Shown: piece by piece, positions 1 to 10,140 of the stretch
How the letters are laid out: every line of letters begins with the position of its first letter
How positions within the stretch are numbered: position 1 is the first letter of the stretch
NCBI GenBank assembly: GCA_002282445.1
Contig: NCJK01000008.1
Span: 37,817 to 101,816, forward strand
From: Burkholderiales bacterium 39-55-53
GTDB taxonomy: Bacteria > Pseudomonadota > Gammaproteobacteria > Burkholderiales > Burkholderiaceae_C
Direction: 5' to 3'
Length of the DNA stretch: 64,000 bases
Position numbers and translations under genes: made by a program
Notes under the pieces: generated by a model
What the model was told of the DNA's origin: nothing
The model's input: only the letters and a program-made list of their open reading frames with translations
Databases searched by the model: none

Positions 1-546
1 CCCGGTGGTGACTTGCCCGTTTTACTCGCAGCCTGCAATCGACTGGGCGTGACGCCAGAACAAATTTGGATCACTCACGCACACATTGACCACGCTGGTG
101 CGACCGCCGACTTGGCTGAGCAACTGCATCTGCCCATCACCGGCCCTCATGAAGGCGACCAGTTTTGGATCGATGGCTTGCCCGAGGCAGCAGCCAGCTA
201 CCACTTCCCCCCAGCACGCCCCTTCACCCCCACCCGTTGGCTGCACGATGGCGACACGGTAGCGCTTGGCAAGCACACACTGCAAGTGCGCCACTGCCCA
301 GGCCACACGCCAGGCCATGTGGTGTTTTACTCACCAGAGATCAAGCGTGCGTTTGTGGGTGATGTGCTGTTTGCAGGCAGCATTGGTCGCACCGACTTTC
401 CACGCGGCAACCACGAAGATCTGATCAACAGCATCACGCAGCGCTTGTGGCCCATGGGAGACGACACCGTGTTTATTCCAGGTCACGGACCTGAAAGCAC
501 ATTTGGCCGTGAGCGTAAAACCAACCCTTATGTGGGTGGGACCTAA
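1..546 (+). CDS. MBL-fold metallo-hydrolase (glyoxalase II-like), 5' partial at window edge
   Basis: Frame is open to nt 1. HxHxDH motif THAHIDH plus downstream His/Asp positions (HCPGHTPGH, GDVLF) are typical of the metallo-beta-lactamase fold. Confidence 0.8.
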   Translation, partial: PGGDLPVLLAACNRLGVTPEQIWITHAHIDHAGATADLAEQLHLPITGPHEGDQFWIDGLPEAAASYHFPPARPFTPTRWLHDGDTVALGKHTLQVRHCPGHTPGHVVFYSPEIKRAFVGDVLFAGSIGRTDFPRGNHEDLINSITQRLWPMGDDTVFIPGHGPESTFGRERKTNPYVGGT

Positions 547-573
547 ACGCCAAACAGTTAACGAAGTCGCTAT

Positions 574-1401
574 TTACTTTGCGCGCTCGTAAAGCGGCAT
601 CACCTTAGGCAGGTTGGCCTGAATTTCTTCAATGCGCGTGTTGCCCGAAGGATGGGTGCTGAGCCACTGCGGTGGCGCACCTTTGTTGGCAGCACTCATT
701 TTTTGCCACAAGGTCACGCCCGCACGCGGGTCGTAGCCCGCTCGAGCGGCTATTTCCATGCCCACCAAGTCCGCTTCGGTTTCGTCGTCACGGCTGAATT
801 TGAGGTTGAGCAAGCTCGCGCCTTGCTTGGCGACTAAATCGGTGAGTTGCGGATTAACACCAAAAAACACAGAGGCCACAGCACTGCCAATGGCGGCTAC
901 GCCATTCGTCGCCGAGGCTTTGCCCATGCGCTCGCGCGCATGTTCACGCAAAGCATGCGCAATTTCATGGCCCATCACCATGCCTACTTCATCATCCGTC
1001 AGCTTGAGTTGCGTCAAGATGCCGCTGTAGAACGCGATCTTGCCCCCGGGCATACAAAACGCGTTGATTTGGTTTGACCCCACCAAATTGACTTCCCATT
1101 TCCACTCTTTGGCGCGTGAATTCCATTCATAACTGTGGGGGATGATTTCTTTGGCAATTCGACGCAGACGGATCACTTCAGGGTGGCTGTCTGGGCCGAG
1201 TGCATTTTTACTGGCCGCCTCTCGCATCATGTCGCCGTATTGTTTGCGGGCTGATTGCTCCACTTCACCTGCAGGTACAAGCCCAGCAAACACCGACGAC
1301 TCTCTGTTCACCTCCACGCCCTCACGCGCCAACACTGCGCCAGTGCCTAGGCCGCAGGCGCAACCGACACAACCGTAAATAAAAGAACGTTTGGTGAGCA
1401 T
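574..1401 (-). CDS. M48 family zinc metallopeptidase, probable lipoprotein/secreted
   Basis: HExxH zinc motif (MGHEIAHALREH) and a hydrophobic Cys-containing N-terminus. Confidence 0.8.
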   Translation of the reverse strand: MLTKRSFIYGCVGCACGLGTGAVLAREGVEVNRESSVFAGLVPAGEVEQSARKQYGDMMREAASKNALGPDSHPEVIRLRRIAKEIIPHSYEWNSRAKEWKWEVNLVGSNQINAFCMPGGKIAFYSGILTQLKLTDDEVGMVMGHEIAHALREHARERMGKASATNGVAAIGSAVASVFFGVNPQLTDLVAKQGASLLNLKFSRDDETEADLVGMEIAARAGYDPRAGVTLWQKMSAANKGAPPQWLSTHPSGNTRIEEIQANLPKVMPLYERAK

Positions 1402-1412
1402 GAAAAGTCTTT

Positions 1413-2804
1413 ATGAGAAAGCCTGAAAATAGAGGCATGAACGATACAACAAGTCCAGCCACGACATCCACAACAAAGGTTAAAAACTTGAGCTGGTTGG
1501 CGGCATTTCGCGTGTACTTGGAGCCCGCCTCTTGGCGCATGCTGTGCTTGGGCTTTTCGGCAGGCTTGCCGTTGTTGTTGGTGCTGGGCACACTGAGCTT
1601 TCGCTTGCGCGAAGCCGGCATCGACCGCAGCACGATTGGTTTTTTAAGCTGGGTGGGACTCGCCTATGGCTTTAAGTGGGTGTGGTCGCCACTGGTGGAC
1701 CGCTTGCCGCTTCCATTGCTCACACGATGGCTGGGCCGCCGTCGCAGTTGGCTGCTGCTGGCACAGCTCACGGTAGTCGCTGGCTTGATCGGCATGGCTT
1801 TACTTGACCCTCAAGTGGCGCTGGAGCCTGTGGTGTGGTGCGCACTGGTGGTGGCGTTTGCGTCTGCCACACAAGACATTGCCCTGGATGCGTTTCGCAT
1901 TGAATCAGCCGACGCACAACACCAAGCAGCCTTGGCAGCCACCTACCAAACCGGTTACCGCCTCGCCATGATTTGGGCGGGTGCGGGCGTGCTGTGGGTG
2001 GCAGCACGTGCAGCAGGCGCGGATGAAACAGCCTATGTGCATACCGCTTGGCAAACCGCGTATTTGGTGATGGCTGCATCCATGGGTTTGGGCGTGCTCA
2101 CCGTTTTGTTGTCGCCCGAACCCGCGCCGCGCGACATGCCCCCCGCTCGCAACGCAGCCGAATGGCTGCGCGGCGCGTTGATCGAACCCTTCGCCGAATT
2201 CATTCGTCGCTACCGCTGGCAGGCAGCGCTCATTTTGGGTTTGATTGCGGTGTATCGCATCAGCGATGTGGTGATGGGCATCATGGCCAACCCGTTTTAC
2301 GTGGACATGGGCTACACCAAAGACGAAGTAGCGGCGGTCACCAAAGTGTTTGGCGTCATCATGACTTTGTTGGGCGCGTTCATTGGTGGTGTGCTGTCCA
2401 TGCGCTTAGGCGTGATGCGCATCCTCATGCTGGGCGCAGTGCTGAGCGCCATCACCAATTTGTTATTTGCTTGGTTGGCCACGCGCGGGCACGATTTGAC
2501 GGCGCTGGTATGGGTCATCTCGGCCGACAACTTGGCCAGCGGTATTGCGTCTGCCGCGTTCATTGCGTATTTGTCTAGCCTGACCAATGTGAACTACTCG
2601 GCCACGCAATACGCACTGTTCAGCTCGATGATGTTGCTCGCACCCAAATGGTTGGCTGGCTTCTCGGGTGTGTACGTGGATGCCCACGGCTATGAGGCCT
2701 TCTTCAACAGCACTGCACTATTGGGTGCGCCTGTGCTGCTGTTGGTTTGGTTGGCATCGCGCATACTGCCTGTTGCACACGGCGAGAGCGCTGCCGACAA
2801 ATAG
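1413..2804 (+). CDS. ampG: AmpG family muropeptide MFS permease
   Basis: Polytopic MFS protein with an AmpG-like N-terminal region (LGFSAGLPLLLV..., GFKWVWSPLVDR). The start could instead be the ATG at 1437. Confidence 0.8.
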   Translation: MRKPENRGMNDTTSPATTSTTKVKNLSWLAAFRVYLEPASWRMLCLGFSAGLPLLLVLGTLSFRLREAGIDRSTIGFLSWVGLAYGFKWVWSPLVDRLPLPLLTRWLGRRRSWLLLAQLTVVAGLIGMALLDPQVALEPVVWCALVVAFASATQDIALDAFRIESADAQHQAALAATYQTGYRLAMIWAGAGVLWVAARAAGADETAYVHTAWQTAYLVMAASMGLGVLTVLLSPEPAPRDMPPARNAAEWLRGALIEPFAEFIRRYRWQAALILGLIAVYRISDVVMGIMANPFYVDMGYTKDEVAAVTKVFGVIMTLLGAFIGGVLSMRLGVMRILMLGAVLSAITNLLFAWLATRGHDLTALVWVISADNLASGIASAAFIAYLSSLTNVNYSATQYALFSSMMLLAPKWLAGFSGVYVDAHGYEAFFNSTALLGAPVLLLVWLASRILPVAHGESAADK

Positions 2805-2842
2805 GCTGGATGCGCAGTTTGTGCTGATTCTGTCTGCTTGAC

Positions 2843-3880
2843 TTAGTTCACAAAACCAGCAGCCAACCGCTGCACCACTTCTGATGCAGGCCCCTCAAAG
2901 CAACCTGAACGGTTGCTACCCGACCAAAGTGGTGTGAAATCATCTAATTGCTTTGCTTCTGCCTTCTTACGCAAGGGCGCTATGGCTTGAGTCGCTAGCG
3001 GGAAAGGTGGCGCAGCGTCATTGTGCGGCCCCAACTCCTGCATGACACGATTGAACATGCCGCGCGCCAATCCACCCGTGAACAAGTTGGTTAATGCAGT
3101 TGGCGCATTTGCATCGCTCAATCTCGCTCGATGCAAAGCACTGGTTTTTGCTTCATGGCATAACAAAAATGCTGTGCCAACTTGCACTGCTGACGCGCCA
3201 GCTGCCATCGCTGCTTGAACATCTTGTGCATGAGCAATACCGCCTGCCGCGATGATGGGCACCTCAATGTTGGCGCAGAGCTGTTTGAGCAAATCCAAGG
3301 TGTTGGATTGGCGCGATACGTCGCGATCTAAAAAATGGCCACGATGCCCACCCGCTTCAAGGCCTTGTGCAATCACACCATCTGCACCATGGGCCACCAA
3401 CCAACGCGCCTCATCCAATGTGGTTGCCGAAGACATCACCCAAGCACCTCGTGCTTTGACACGCGCTAACAAACTAGGCTTGGGCAACCCAAAGTGAAAA
3501 CTCACGGCTGCTGGCGAAAACTCTTCCAAGACTTCCGCCATTTCTTCATCAAACGGGCGCCGTCCTGCATTTGTCGGAATGCTTGCTGGATCAATGCCAA
3601 ACTCTTGATAGTAAGGCTGCAGTGCCGTTTCCCACTTGGCCTCTGCAGCCTGTGTTGGCGTTGTCGTTTGATGACAAAAGAAGTTCACGTTGTAGGGCAA
3701 GCCACTCGACTGCAACGTTTGCAACTCTTGTCGCAGATTTGCCGCGTCAAGCATGGCAGCTGGCAATGAGCCCATGCCACCCGCTCTGCTCACGGCGATC
3801 GCAAGTGCACTGTCTTGCGCACCAGCCATGGGGGCTTGGATGAGCGGAAACTGTGCGCCACAAAAACTAGTCAATGACAT
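2843..3880 (-). CDS. nitronate monooxygenase (NMO / 2-nitropropane dioxygenase family)
   Basis: FPLIQAPMAG motif and a TIM-barrel FMN pattern. The internal ATG at 3880 (MSLTSF...) is preferred over the ORF-track start. Confidence 0.8.
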   Translation of the reverse strand: MSLTSFCGAQFPLIQAPMAGAQDSALAIAVSRAGGMGSLPAAMLDAANLRQELQTLQSSGLPYNVNFFCHQTTTPTQAAEAKWETALQPYYQEFGIDPASIPTNAGRRPFDEEMAEVLEEFSPAAVSFHFGLPKPSLLARVKARGAWVMSSATTLDEARWLVAHGADGVIAQGLEAGGHRGHFLDRDVSRQSNTLDLLKQLCANIEVPIIAAGGIAHAQDVQAAMAAGASAVQVGTAFLLCHEAKTSALHRARLSDANAPTALTNLFTGGLARGMFNRVMQELGPHNDAAPPFPLATQAIAPLRKKAEAKQLDDFTPLWSGSNRSGCFEGPASEVVQRLAAGFVN

Positions 3881-3996
3881 GGCAATCTTTCTATCTGCTG
3901 GTATGAATCCTAGCGCTGACCACATCAACAAAAATATACATGACGACTATGATGTGTTACGTAATATCTGTCATGGCGCGCTCGCCCAATTAACCC

Positions 3997-4989
3997 ATGA
4001 AAAAACGCATCCTGATTTTGTCGCACGACAACAAAGTAGGCGACGCCATAGTAGCGACAGGCCTTTTCAAACCCTTGCGAGCGCACATACCCGATTGTGA
4101 AATTGGCGTTCTGTGTGGTCCAACTAATGTTGCACTTTATAAGCACCATCCAGATGTGAAAAGGCTACATGTATCCGCAAGTCGCAACGTATTTGCACGC
4201 ATGTGGGCCAGCTTCAAGGCGCGTTTGTTGAGGTATGACATAGTTGTTCACTTTGGCTTAGATTTGGCAAACCCTTCGCAACAAATTGTTTTGAAGATGG
4301 TCAATGCCAAGCAGCGCTTTTTATTTGCAACGCATCCGACTCAGCCTTTACCAAACGATGTCGTTATTCATGGAATTACCGATGCGTCTCATTATTCTGA
4401 ACGACACATTCGGTTTTTGCGTTCTATGGACATTTCCACCGACGTCTATCACTACGACATACGCTTTGAAGCACAAAATTCAACCGCATTAATTAAAGAC
4501 ACAGGGCCTTTGCTTGTCATCAATAGCCAAAGCAGCACGTCTAATCGGTCTTTGTCTTTGCGCTGGCTTCATGATTTTGTATCTCGAGTCAGAATTGAAC
4601 ATCCGACAATGTTTGTCCAACTCTTAAGTGCAAGCCCGAACCACCAAGCCGACCTGACCCATGCGATGGTAGGTTTGGGTGATCTTGTGTCTGTTTCACC
4701 GTTTCACCCAAGCGTGAGTCGCTCGCTAAAAATTATCAGCACTGCCGACGTTGTACTCACCCCCGACACCTACGCCGTGCATGCTGCCAGCGCTTGGAAC
4801 ATCCCTGTCGTTGCTTTGTATTTACCCAGTGGGCCAACCAAAGTGTGGACGCCTCTTTCTGATACTTATATACAAATTGAGGCAGCGCCAGAAAAAATGG
4901 TGAGCGATATCGATGTGTCTGATGCAATAAAGGCGCTGAATGAGGTGATCACATCACATCACACGCGCCGCCACATTCACGCCAATTGA
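3997..4989 (+). CDS. glycosyltransferase family 9 (heptosyltransferase-like)
   Basis: N-terminal ILILSHDNKVGDAIV pattern and overall GT9 layout. Lies next to waaF. A hand-counted 100-nt sample is 42% GC. Confidence 0.65.
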   Translation: MKKRILILSHDNKVGDAIVATGLFKPLRAHIPDCEIGVLCGPTNVALYKHHPDVKRLHVSASRNVFARMWASFKARLLRYDIVVHFGLDLANPSQQIVLKMVNAKQRFLFATHPTQPLPNDVVIHGITDASHYSERHIRFLRSMDISTDVYHYDIRFEAQNSTALIKDTGPLLVINSQSSTSNRSLSLRWLHDFVSRVRIEHPTMFVQLLSASPNHQADLTHAMVGLGDLVSVSPFHPSVSRSLKIISTADVVLTPDTYAVHAASAWNIPVVALYLPSGPTKVWTPLSDTYIQIEAAPEKMVSDIDVSDAIKALNEVITSHHTRRHIHAN

Positions 4990-5912
4990 CTGCCGTGCTC
5001 TGCACCCAATTGCTGAAAGCCAAACAAACAGGTATCTGTGAACTGCTGGCGCAAAGCGTTACGTCGCTTCAATGCGGATCGTTTCTTTGATTCAACTTCA
5101 TGCTCTGGGCGAGGCTGCCACACCAATGGCATCAACCAGTGCCCTTGTGCAGTTTGTTCTATTGCACCGAGTTGCTGCCAAAGTTCGTCGTAACTCATAC
5201 TGATGCGTTTTGACAAACTGAAGTAGTTAGCATACGCATGTTTTTTATCAGCAACACCCACAATACCCACCAGGCCCCATGCTTGAGCTAGGGCTTGCAA
5301 TGCGTTGAGTAAGAAGAAACCAGGCTTTGTGCGCTCTAAGGCTTGTGTTGCTTGCTTGATCAAATCTTTGGTATTCGATACGCCTTGGAAACAACCCAAA
5401 AATAGCGCATGCCCATTTCCTGGCAATCCGAGCATATGGGCTGGCAAAACGCTGATAGATGAACGCATCAAAAGAGTTCCATTAACGTGCAGGGTCAACA
5501 TCAACTCACCCTCTGGGCCTAAGCCACGGCTGGGGCCAAGCATGACATCAAATTCAGTATTGTTGTGCTGGATCTTTGCAACTCCTACCCGCTCTGGTTC
5601 ATAAAAAGCAAGCGTATAAGGCAATTTAAACTTATTCTCAAACCAATCAAGGAAAGCAAGCTGAGCCTTGACGCGTGTATGACTATCCAAACCCGACCAA
5701 AGATAGGCACGCGTACATTTGAGTAACAAAGAAGGGTCTTGTTCCAGCAAACCGGTGAGCTGACGAGACTCGAAGTATTGTTGAACCTCTGCCAACTCGG
5801 AACTAAATAGTGTTTGTCTTAGCTTGAACTTCAAGCGACGTTTCATGGTCTGCATCTTCCCGCCGGCAAGGTTGTCGGTGAGCAAGAAGAGCTCTTCAGA
5901 GTTGGACCACAT
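4977..5912 (-). CDS. VirK/YbjX (DUF535) family protein
   Basis: Blocks match E. coli YbjX: PEGELMLTL, LFLGCFQG, ALAQAWGLVGIVGVADKKHAY, SYDELW and SKKRSALKRR. Confidence 0.8.
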   Translation of the reverse strand: MWSNSEELFLLTDNLAGGKMQTMKRRLKFKLRQTLFSSELAEVQQYFESRQLTGLLEQDPSLLLKCTRAYLWSGLDSHTRVKAQLAFLDWFENKFKLPYTLAFYEPERVGVAKIQHNNTEFDVMLGPSRGLGPEGELMLTLHVNGTLLMRSSISVLPAHMLGLPGNGHALFLGCFQGVSNTKDLIKQATQALERTKPGFFLLNALQALAQAWGLVGIVGVADKKHAYANYFSLSKRISMSYDELWQQLGAIEQTAQGHWLMPLVWQPRPEHEVESKKRSALKRRNALRQQFTDTCLFGFQQLGAEHGSQLA

Positions 5913-5960
5913 ACATTCTCAATTCAATTATTTAGCAGCCATAAATCATGGCCATTATTT

Positions 5961-7022
5961 TCACAACAAACGATACACACGCTCAGCCGACACGTCTTCT
6001 AAACAACGCATGTGGCCTAACGGACACGTGCGCTCATAGCAAGGCGAGCAAGCAAGCGGTGGTTGATAGCTGCCATCCACGCGCAACCACACCACGCGCG
6101 CGCGGTCGTTCAAAGGCGGCGTGTGCTCTGGACTAGATGAACCAAACACCGCCACTTGCGGCACACCAAAAGCAGCGGCCACATGCATCAAGCCAGAGTC
6201 ATTGCTCACCACGCGATGCGCATAGGCAATGAGTGCAAAGGCTTGCATCAAATTAGTTTGGCCTGCCAAGTTAAAGCAATGACCAGGCTTAGTTGCATTG
6301 GCTGCTGTCGCGATTTCTTGGCAGATGTCGAACTCTTTGCCAGAGCCCAACAAGAACACGGGACGGTCGATCTTGCTGGCCAATTCGGCAAAGTGTTTGA
6401 CAGGCCAGCGCTTGGCGGGGCCGTATTCAGCGCCCGGTGCGAACACCACATAGCTGTGTTTGGCCAAGGTCGGCAACGTGGGCATGTTGGTGGCCAGCTC
6501 TTCCAGCGCCTCATCTAGCAAGCCCACACCCGCTTTGAGCACGGGGCGCAAATCGCCCACCAGCTTCATGGGGCCGGTGCGCGTTTGGCCCACAAGGCTC
6601 AATGCCGCATACCACTCCACCATGGGTGGGCGTTCTTCGGTGTCGGGGTTGTCTAAGCGGTCGGTTAATAAACCGAAGCGCATTTCGCCGGTGTAGCCCA
6701 CTCGCTTGGCGATGCCGGCCATCCACGGCAGCAAAGCGCTTTTCAGGGAATTGGGGCACACATAGGCCACGTCAAACTTGCCGCGCAATTGGTTGGCGAG
6801 TTTAATGCGCCCCATCAGCTGCAAGCCGCCGTGTTTGAACGGCATTTCAATCACTTCGGCCACGCCAGGCATGACACGGTAAACCGGTGCAATCCAAGGC
6901 AAGGCAGCGACGGTGAGGCGCTCGCCGCGCGCAGCCAAGCGGCGAAGCAAGGGTTCGGTCATCACCGCATCCCCAATCCATTGGGGCGCAATGATGAGCG
7001 CGTTTTTAGTGATGGCCGCCAA
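5961..7022 (-). CDS. waaF: ADP-heptose:LPS heptosyltransferase II
   Basis: ALIIAPQWIGDAVMTEPLL motif and a GT9 fold. The ORF-track start at 7094 would overlap the upstream zinc-finger gene by 89 nt. The in-frame TTG at 7022 gives a typical length. Confidence 0.85.
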   Translation of the reverse strand: MAAITKNALIIAPQWIGDAVMTEPLLRRLAARGERLTVAALPWIAPVYRVMPGVAEVIEMPFKHGGLQLMGRIKLANQLRGKFDVAYVCPNSLKSALLPWMAGIAKRVGYTGEMRFGLLTDRLDNPDTEERPPMVEWYAALSLVGQTRTGPMKLVGDLRPVLKAGVGLLDEALEELATNMPTLPTLAKHSYVVFAPGAEYGPAKRWPVKHFAELASKIDRPVFLLGSGKEFDICQEIATAANATKPGHCFNLAGQTNLMQAFALIAYAHRVVSNDSGLMHVAAAFGVPQVAVFGSSSPEHTPPLNDRARVVWLRVDGSYQPPLACSPCYERTCPLGHMRCLEDVSAERVYRLL

Positions 7023-7209
7023 CGTGCTCGCCGGCTTTGAGTTTGTACTCAGTGCCGCAGTAAGGGCACTTGGCTTCACCGGTGCTGGCCACATCCAAGT
7101 ACACCTTGGGGTGGCTGTTCCAGAGTTTCATGTCGGCCTTGGCGCTGGGGCAATACACGCCGCCGTTGCCGTTGAGGTCTTTGGCCAAGAGTTCAACTGT
7201 GTTGCTCAT
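7006..7209 (-). CDS. zf-CHCC zinc-finger domain protein
   Basis: 67-aa ORF with the pattern C..H..CPYCG (VYCPS...HPKVY...KCPYCGTEY). Sits between ilvE and waaF. Confidence 0.75.
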   Translation of the reverse strand: MSNTVELLAKDLNGNGGVYCPSAKADMKLWNSHPKVYLDVASTGEAKCPYCGTEYKLKAGEHVGGHH

Positions 7210-7211
7210 TT

Positions 7212-8150
7212 TTAAACCTTAGTCAACCAATGTGCGTACTTGGGATTGCGGCCGTTGACGATGTCAAAGAACGCGGTTTGAATTTTTTCGGTGATCGGGC
7301 CGCGGCTGCCTGCGCCCAATTGGATGCGGTCAAGTTCACGAATTGGTGTGACTTCAGCGGCTGTGCCTGTGAAGAACGCTTCATCAGAGATGTACACCTC
7401 GTCGCGTGTGATGCGCTTTTGCACAATCTCAAGACCCAAATCTTTGGCGATGTGGAAGATGGTGTTACGGGTGATGCCGTTTAGAGCGCCAGCCGACAAG
7501 TCGGGCGTGTAGATCACGCCATCTTTCACCACGAAGATGTTTTCGCCAGCGCCTTCAGACACAAAGCCTGAGGTGTCGAGCAACAGGGCTTCGTCGTAAC
7601 CTTCGTCGGTCACTTCCATGTTGGCCAAGATGGAGTTGGTGTAGTTGCTCACCGCCTTGGCTTGCGTCATGGTGATGTTAACGTGGTGGCGTGTGTAGCT
7701 AGAGGTCTTCACGCGGATGCCGCGCTTCATGCCTTCTTCGCCGAGGTACGCACCCCAAGTCCAAGCAGCGACCATCAAGTGAATGGTGTTGCCTTTGGGG
7801 CTCACGCCCAATTTCTTGTCGCCGATCCAAGTCAGGGGACGGATGTAGCCGCTTTCCAACTTGTTCTCACGCACCACGGCGCGTTGTGCTTCGTTCACTT
7901 GATCTTTGGTAAACGGGATGTTCATGCGCAAGATCTTGGCGCTGTTGAACAGGCGGTCGGTGTGCTCTTGCAAACGGAAGATCGCTGTGCCTTGCTCAGT
8001 TTTGTAAGCGCGCACGCCTTCAAATGCCCCGCAACCGTAGTGCAGAGTGTGGCTCAGCACGTGGATCTTGGCGTCGCGCCAATCGACCATCTGGCCGTCC
8101 ATCCAGATTTTGCCGTCACGGTCAGACATGGATGGGATGACTACGCTCAT
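7212..8150 (-). CDS. ilvE: branched-chain amino acid aminotransferase
   Basis: Class IV aminotransferase signature (HTLHYGCGAFEGVRAY, EGAGENIF). Confidence 0.9.
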   Translation of the reverse strand: MSVVIPSMSDRDGKIWMDGQMVDWRDAKIHVLSHTLHYGCGAFEGVRAYKTEQGTAIFRLQEHTDRLFNSAKILRMNIPFTKDQVNEAQRAVVRENKLESGYIRPLTWIGDKKLGVSPKGNTIHLMVAAWTWGAYLGEEGMKRGIRVKTSSYTRHHVNITMTQAKAVSNYTNSILANMEVTDEGYDEALLLDTSGFVSEGAGENIFVVKDGVIYTPDLSAGALNGITRNTIFHIAKDLGLEIVQKRITRDEVYISDEAFFTGTAAEVTPIRELDRIQLGAGSRGPITEKIQTAFFDIVNGRNPKYAHWLTKV

Positions 8151-8239
8151 GGGATTTCCTTTGGACTGATGTTGTAGAGGCCGCCAATTTTGGCGTAATG
8201 GTGCATTTTAGCGGCCCTAAAGACCGCTCATTTACAGGT

Positions 8240-8671
8240 TTAGTCGTTGGCCGCGTGGCTCACGGGTTCGATGTCAGTGGCGTGGAACGGCCGATCCAAG
8301 GTCCAGCTTTGCAACTTGCCCTGCGCAAAAACGCACCGAACCACCGATTGGCTGCCGTCGCGCCAGCTGAACACCTCGGGCTGAGCGCCCTTATCGGTCT
8401 CTGCTTGACCCAAGGCCTTGGTCATGGCAATGACGTGCATCAAGCTCACACCCGCTTTGAGCTTGGCGTTCAGCATGACGGCGCTGTCCACAAAGCCAAT
8501 CGGACGGCTGCTGGCCCGCTTCATGATTTGTACCAAACGCGTGAAATACAGCAGCAGCCACATGACGCCACCCGTCACCACCATGGCAATGCCCATCCAG
8601 CCCCAGCTTTGCCAAGCCCAAGCTGTAAAGCCCACCGTGCCAATCGGCACCAAATATCTTTGAAAGTTCAT
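8240..8671 (-). CDS. small membrane protein of unknown function
   Basis: 143-aa ORF with two N-terminal hydrophobic helices. No motif recognised. Confidence 0.5.
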   Translation of the reverse strand: MNFQRYLVPIGTVGFTAWAWQSWGWMGIAMVVTGGVMWLLLYFTRLVQIMKRASSRPIGFVDSAVMLNAKLKAGVSLMHVIAMTKALGQAETDKGAQPEVFSWRDGSQSVVRCVFAQGKLQSWTLDRPFHATDIEPVSHAAND

Positions 8672-8733
8672 GCGGCTATTGTCTCAGCCTCGGATGTGGC
8701 CTTAACGTGACTTCTACGTAGCCTACTTATGAA

Positions 8734-10110
8734 TTAACCCAGCTCACGCACCAAACTTATAGCTTCATCGACCCGTTCCACCGCATGCACGGTCATGCCT
8801 GGGATGGGCTTCTTGGGCGCGTTAGCTTTGGGAATCACAGCCACGGTAAAGCCCAACTTGGCAGCTTCTTTCAAGCGCTCTTGCCCACGCGGCGCGGGGC
8901 GCACTTCGCCAGCCAAACCAACTTCACCAAATGCAATGAAACCCTGAGGCAATGGCTTGCCACGCAAGCTGCTTTGGATGGACAACAACACCGCCAAATC
9001 CGCAGCCGGTTCGCTGATGCGCACCCCGCCCACCGCGTTAACAAACACGTCCTGATCCATGCACGCCACACCTGCATGGCGGTGCAACACCGCCAGCAAC
9101 ATGGCCAAGCGGTCGCGGTCCAAGCCCACGCTCAAACGGCGAGGTGATGGACCGCCGCTGTCCACCAAAGCTTGAATCTCCACCAACATAGGCCGCGTGC
9201 CTTCGAGCGTGACCAACACACAGCTACCGGGCACAGGCTCTGAGTGTTGGCTCAAGAAGATGGCGCTGGGGTTGCTCACGCCCTTCAAGCCTTTTTCGGT
9301 CATTGCGAACACACCAATTTCGTTCACTGCGCCAAAGCGGTTTTTGATGGCGCGCACGAGTCGGTATGTCGAATGCGTGTCGCCCTCAAAGTACAACACC
9401 GTGTCCACCATGTGTTCCAACACACGTGGGCCAGCCAATGCACCCTCTTTGGTGACATGGCCCACCAACACCACCGCTGTGCCGGTGGACTTGGCCATGC
9501 GTGTGAGGTGGGATGCACATTCGCGCACCTGCGCCACAGAACCTGGGGCACTGGTGAGCTGATCGGAGTAAACGGTTTGGATGGAGTCCATCACCACAAC
9601 TGCAGGCTGCAGTTTGTCGACGGTGGCGAGTATTTTTTCGAGTTGCGTTTCAGCCACCACTTGCACTTGGCTGTGGTCCAGCCCCAAGCGCCGCGATCGC
9701 AAAGCCACTTGCGAAGCAGACTCTTCACCCGTCACATACAAGGTGCTCATGCCGCTGCGTTGCAGGCCGTCCATGGCTTGCAAAATCAAGGTGGATTTGC
9801 CAATGCCGGGGTCACCGCCAATCAGCACCACTCCACCTTCGACCATGCCACCGCCCAACACGCGGTCGAGTTCTTCTTGGCCTGTGGGTGTGCGCGCCAC
9901 GTCTTGCGCTTCGATGTCTGAGAGGATCGCCACTTCAGAAGCGGGGGCCAATGCGGCCATACCCGCGTAGCGGTTTTTGGTGGGGCCGCTGCTGTCGACC
10001 GCTGTTTCAATGAGCGTGTTCCACGCGTTGCAGCTGGGGCATTTGCCCAACCACTTGGCGGTGATGCCGCCGCAGTCGGTGCAGGTGTATTGGGTTTTTT
10101 CTTTGGCCAT
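8734..10110 (-). CDS. radA: DNA repair protein RadA
   Basis: N-terminal C4 zinc finger (CTDCG...CPSCNAW), Walker A GDPGIGKST, KNRFG motif and a Lon-like C-terminal domain. Confidence 0.95.
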   Translation of the reverse strand: MAKEKTQYTCTDCGGITAKWLGKCPSCNAWNTLIETAVDSSGPTKNRYAGMAALAPASEVAILSDIEAQDVARTPTGQEELDRVLGGGMVEGGVVLIGGDPGIGKSTLILQAMDGLQRSGMSTLYVTGEESASQVALRSRRLGLDHSQVQVVAETQLEKILATVDKLQPAVVVMDSIQTVYSDQLTSAPGSVAQVRECASHLTRMAKSTGTAVVLVGHVTKEGALAGPRVLEHMVDTVLYFEGDTHSTYRLVRAIKNRFGAVNEIGVFAMTEKGLKGVSNPSAIFLSQHSEPVPGSCVLVTLEGTRPMLVEIQALVDSGGPSPRRLSVGLDRDRLAMLLAVLHRHAGVACMDQDVFVNAVGGVRISEPAADLAVLLSIQSSLRGKPLPQGFIAFGEVGLAGEVRPAPRGQERLKEAAKLGFTVAVIPKANAPKKPIPGMTVHAVERVDEAISLVRELG

Positions 10111-10120
10111 GCACCAATAT

Positions 10121-10140
10121 TACTGGATAAATAGCCAGTA
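10121..10140. promoter_or_regulatory. SOS-box-like palindrome TACTG-N10-CAGTA upstream of radA
   Basis: The sequence tactggataaatagccagta is a perfect 6-bp-arm palindrome with an AT-rich spacer. It ends 11 nt upstream of the radA ATG. Confidence 0.4.
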
